The translations under genes and the position numbers were made by a program. A DNA stretch of 55,514 nucleotides, the filler included, from Platydemus manokwari (Eukaryota), in assembly GCA_037951405.1 (NCBI GenBank). It is 5 parts of 5 records of this genome, joined end to end, with 100 filler letters (N's around TTAATTAATTAA, not from the genome) between each part and the next. Parts side by side here need not be neighbours in the genome. Positions count along the whole stretch, not along the records: positions 41,702 to 55,514 come from JBBMOY011613630.1; 4 more parts are not named here. One strand, 5' to 3'. A model generated the notes under the pieces. It was not told the origin of the DNA, did no database searches, and saw only the letters and a list, made by a program, of their open reading frames with translations. Positions 54,627 through 55,514 of this stretch are shown one piece after another; position 1 is the first letter of the stretch; the number at the start of each line of letters is the position of its first letter.

Positions 54627-55127
54627 ATGATAGTTTTTCAAGTTATTATTATTGTTTTATTAACACATTTGAATCTGCAGTTTAATATTGCCTATGAATT
54701 ATTGTCCCGAAATAAACCTACAAATCAATCATCTTATTTTGAAATAAATAGAACTTCTAATCTCGGTAATGATGGCTCGTATTTTCAAAATACATTTAGA
54801 AAGGTTAATAATGAAGAAATATATGAATGCATTCTAACTGGTAATGAAAGTATCAACTATTGGCTAGTAGATCTAGAATATAATTCAATTATTAATGAAA
54901 TTGTTATATACAACAGATTAGATGATTTAAATACCCGATTGTTATCAACGGAAGTTATAATTATCAATGATTCTGGATCTCAATTTGTTTTGGCGACAAT
55001 CAGAACAGTAAAGTTAATTTACAATCTGACAGCTAATAACTCCGTTGGCCGCTATGTAAAATTTGCATTACGTAACAACTATCTGTCATTCTGTGAAGTG
55101 GATGTTCTAGGAGGTAAAAATCATTAA
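54627..55127 (+). CDS. Secreted F-type lectin (fucolectin/FTP domain) protein, 166 aa
   Basis: Signal peptide plus the F-type lectin motifs LSRNKPTNQSS, GNDG, YWLVDL, IVIYNRxD, GRYV and LSFCEVDV. Confidence 0.88.
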   Translation: MIVFQVIIIVLLTHLNLQFNIAYELLSRNKPTNQSSYFEINRTSNLGNDGSYFQNTFRKVNNEEIYECILTGNESINYWLVDLEYNSIINEIVIYNRLDDLNTRLLSTEVIIINDSGSQFVLATIRTVKLIYNLTANNSVGRYVKFALRNNYLSFCEVDVLGGKNH

Positions 55128-55440
55128 TTTTTTTTATTAAACTTTAATTTAATTTTTTTTACAACAACATAGAGATTTTATCGTAATAATTATTATATTT
55201 CTTACAAAATATATTCAAAATTTTAAAATTAAAAGTGAAATTTTGACACTTTTTAAAATTTTGTGTCAATTTGAATATAGATAAGTTTTGTATAAAAAAG
55301 ACAGAAATAATCAATGAAATTACTAGAAAAATTTGAGAAATTTTACAATCATGACTGTTCAAACCATTTAATTATAGTTTCCGTTATCATTTAAAAGCTA
55401 TTAGAATAAGTAATTATTTAACATAAAATATTGAATCAGA

Positions 55441-55442
<2 letters not shown>

Positions 55443-55514
<72 letters not shown>
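55443..55514. repeat. (ATT)n microsatellite at the window end
   Basis: Pure trinucleotide repeat. Confidence 0.97.

Overview
This is very AT-rich eukaryotic (metazoan-like) genomic DNA, not prokaryotic. The short 47-bp intron, (ATT)n tracts and transposon mix are compatible with an invertebrate such as a planarian flatworm, but that assignment is inference only. The window joins five contigs with four artificial 100-bp linkers (N44-TTAATTAATTAA-N44), so adjacency across linkers cannot be assumed to be biological. Most of the sequence is intergenic or intronic DNA with decayed transposons: a Ty3/gypsy integrase, two RLE-type non-LTR fragments, Merlin, pogo, Tc1/mariner and hAT elements, MITEs and probable solo LTRs. 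Supported genes are two convergent, intronless, secreted paralogues (31856-33847 + and 38373-39509 -), a SWEET sugar-transporter exon, a spliced secreted PAN/apple plus DM9-like protein, an F-type lectin lacking the fucose-binding His, and an unidentified terminal exon. The standout is the paralogue pair. Both are built from ten copies (6 + 4) of a 75-aa module, C-X10-C-X10-C-X10-C-X7-C-X10-C-X10-C-X10-C, whose symmetry predicts a helical hairpin stapled by a four-rung disulfide ladder. I do not recognise it as a named family.
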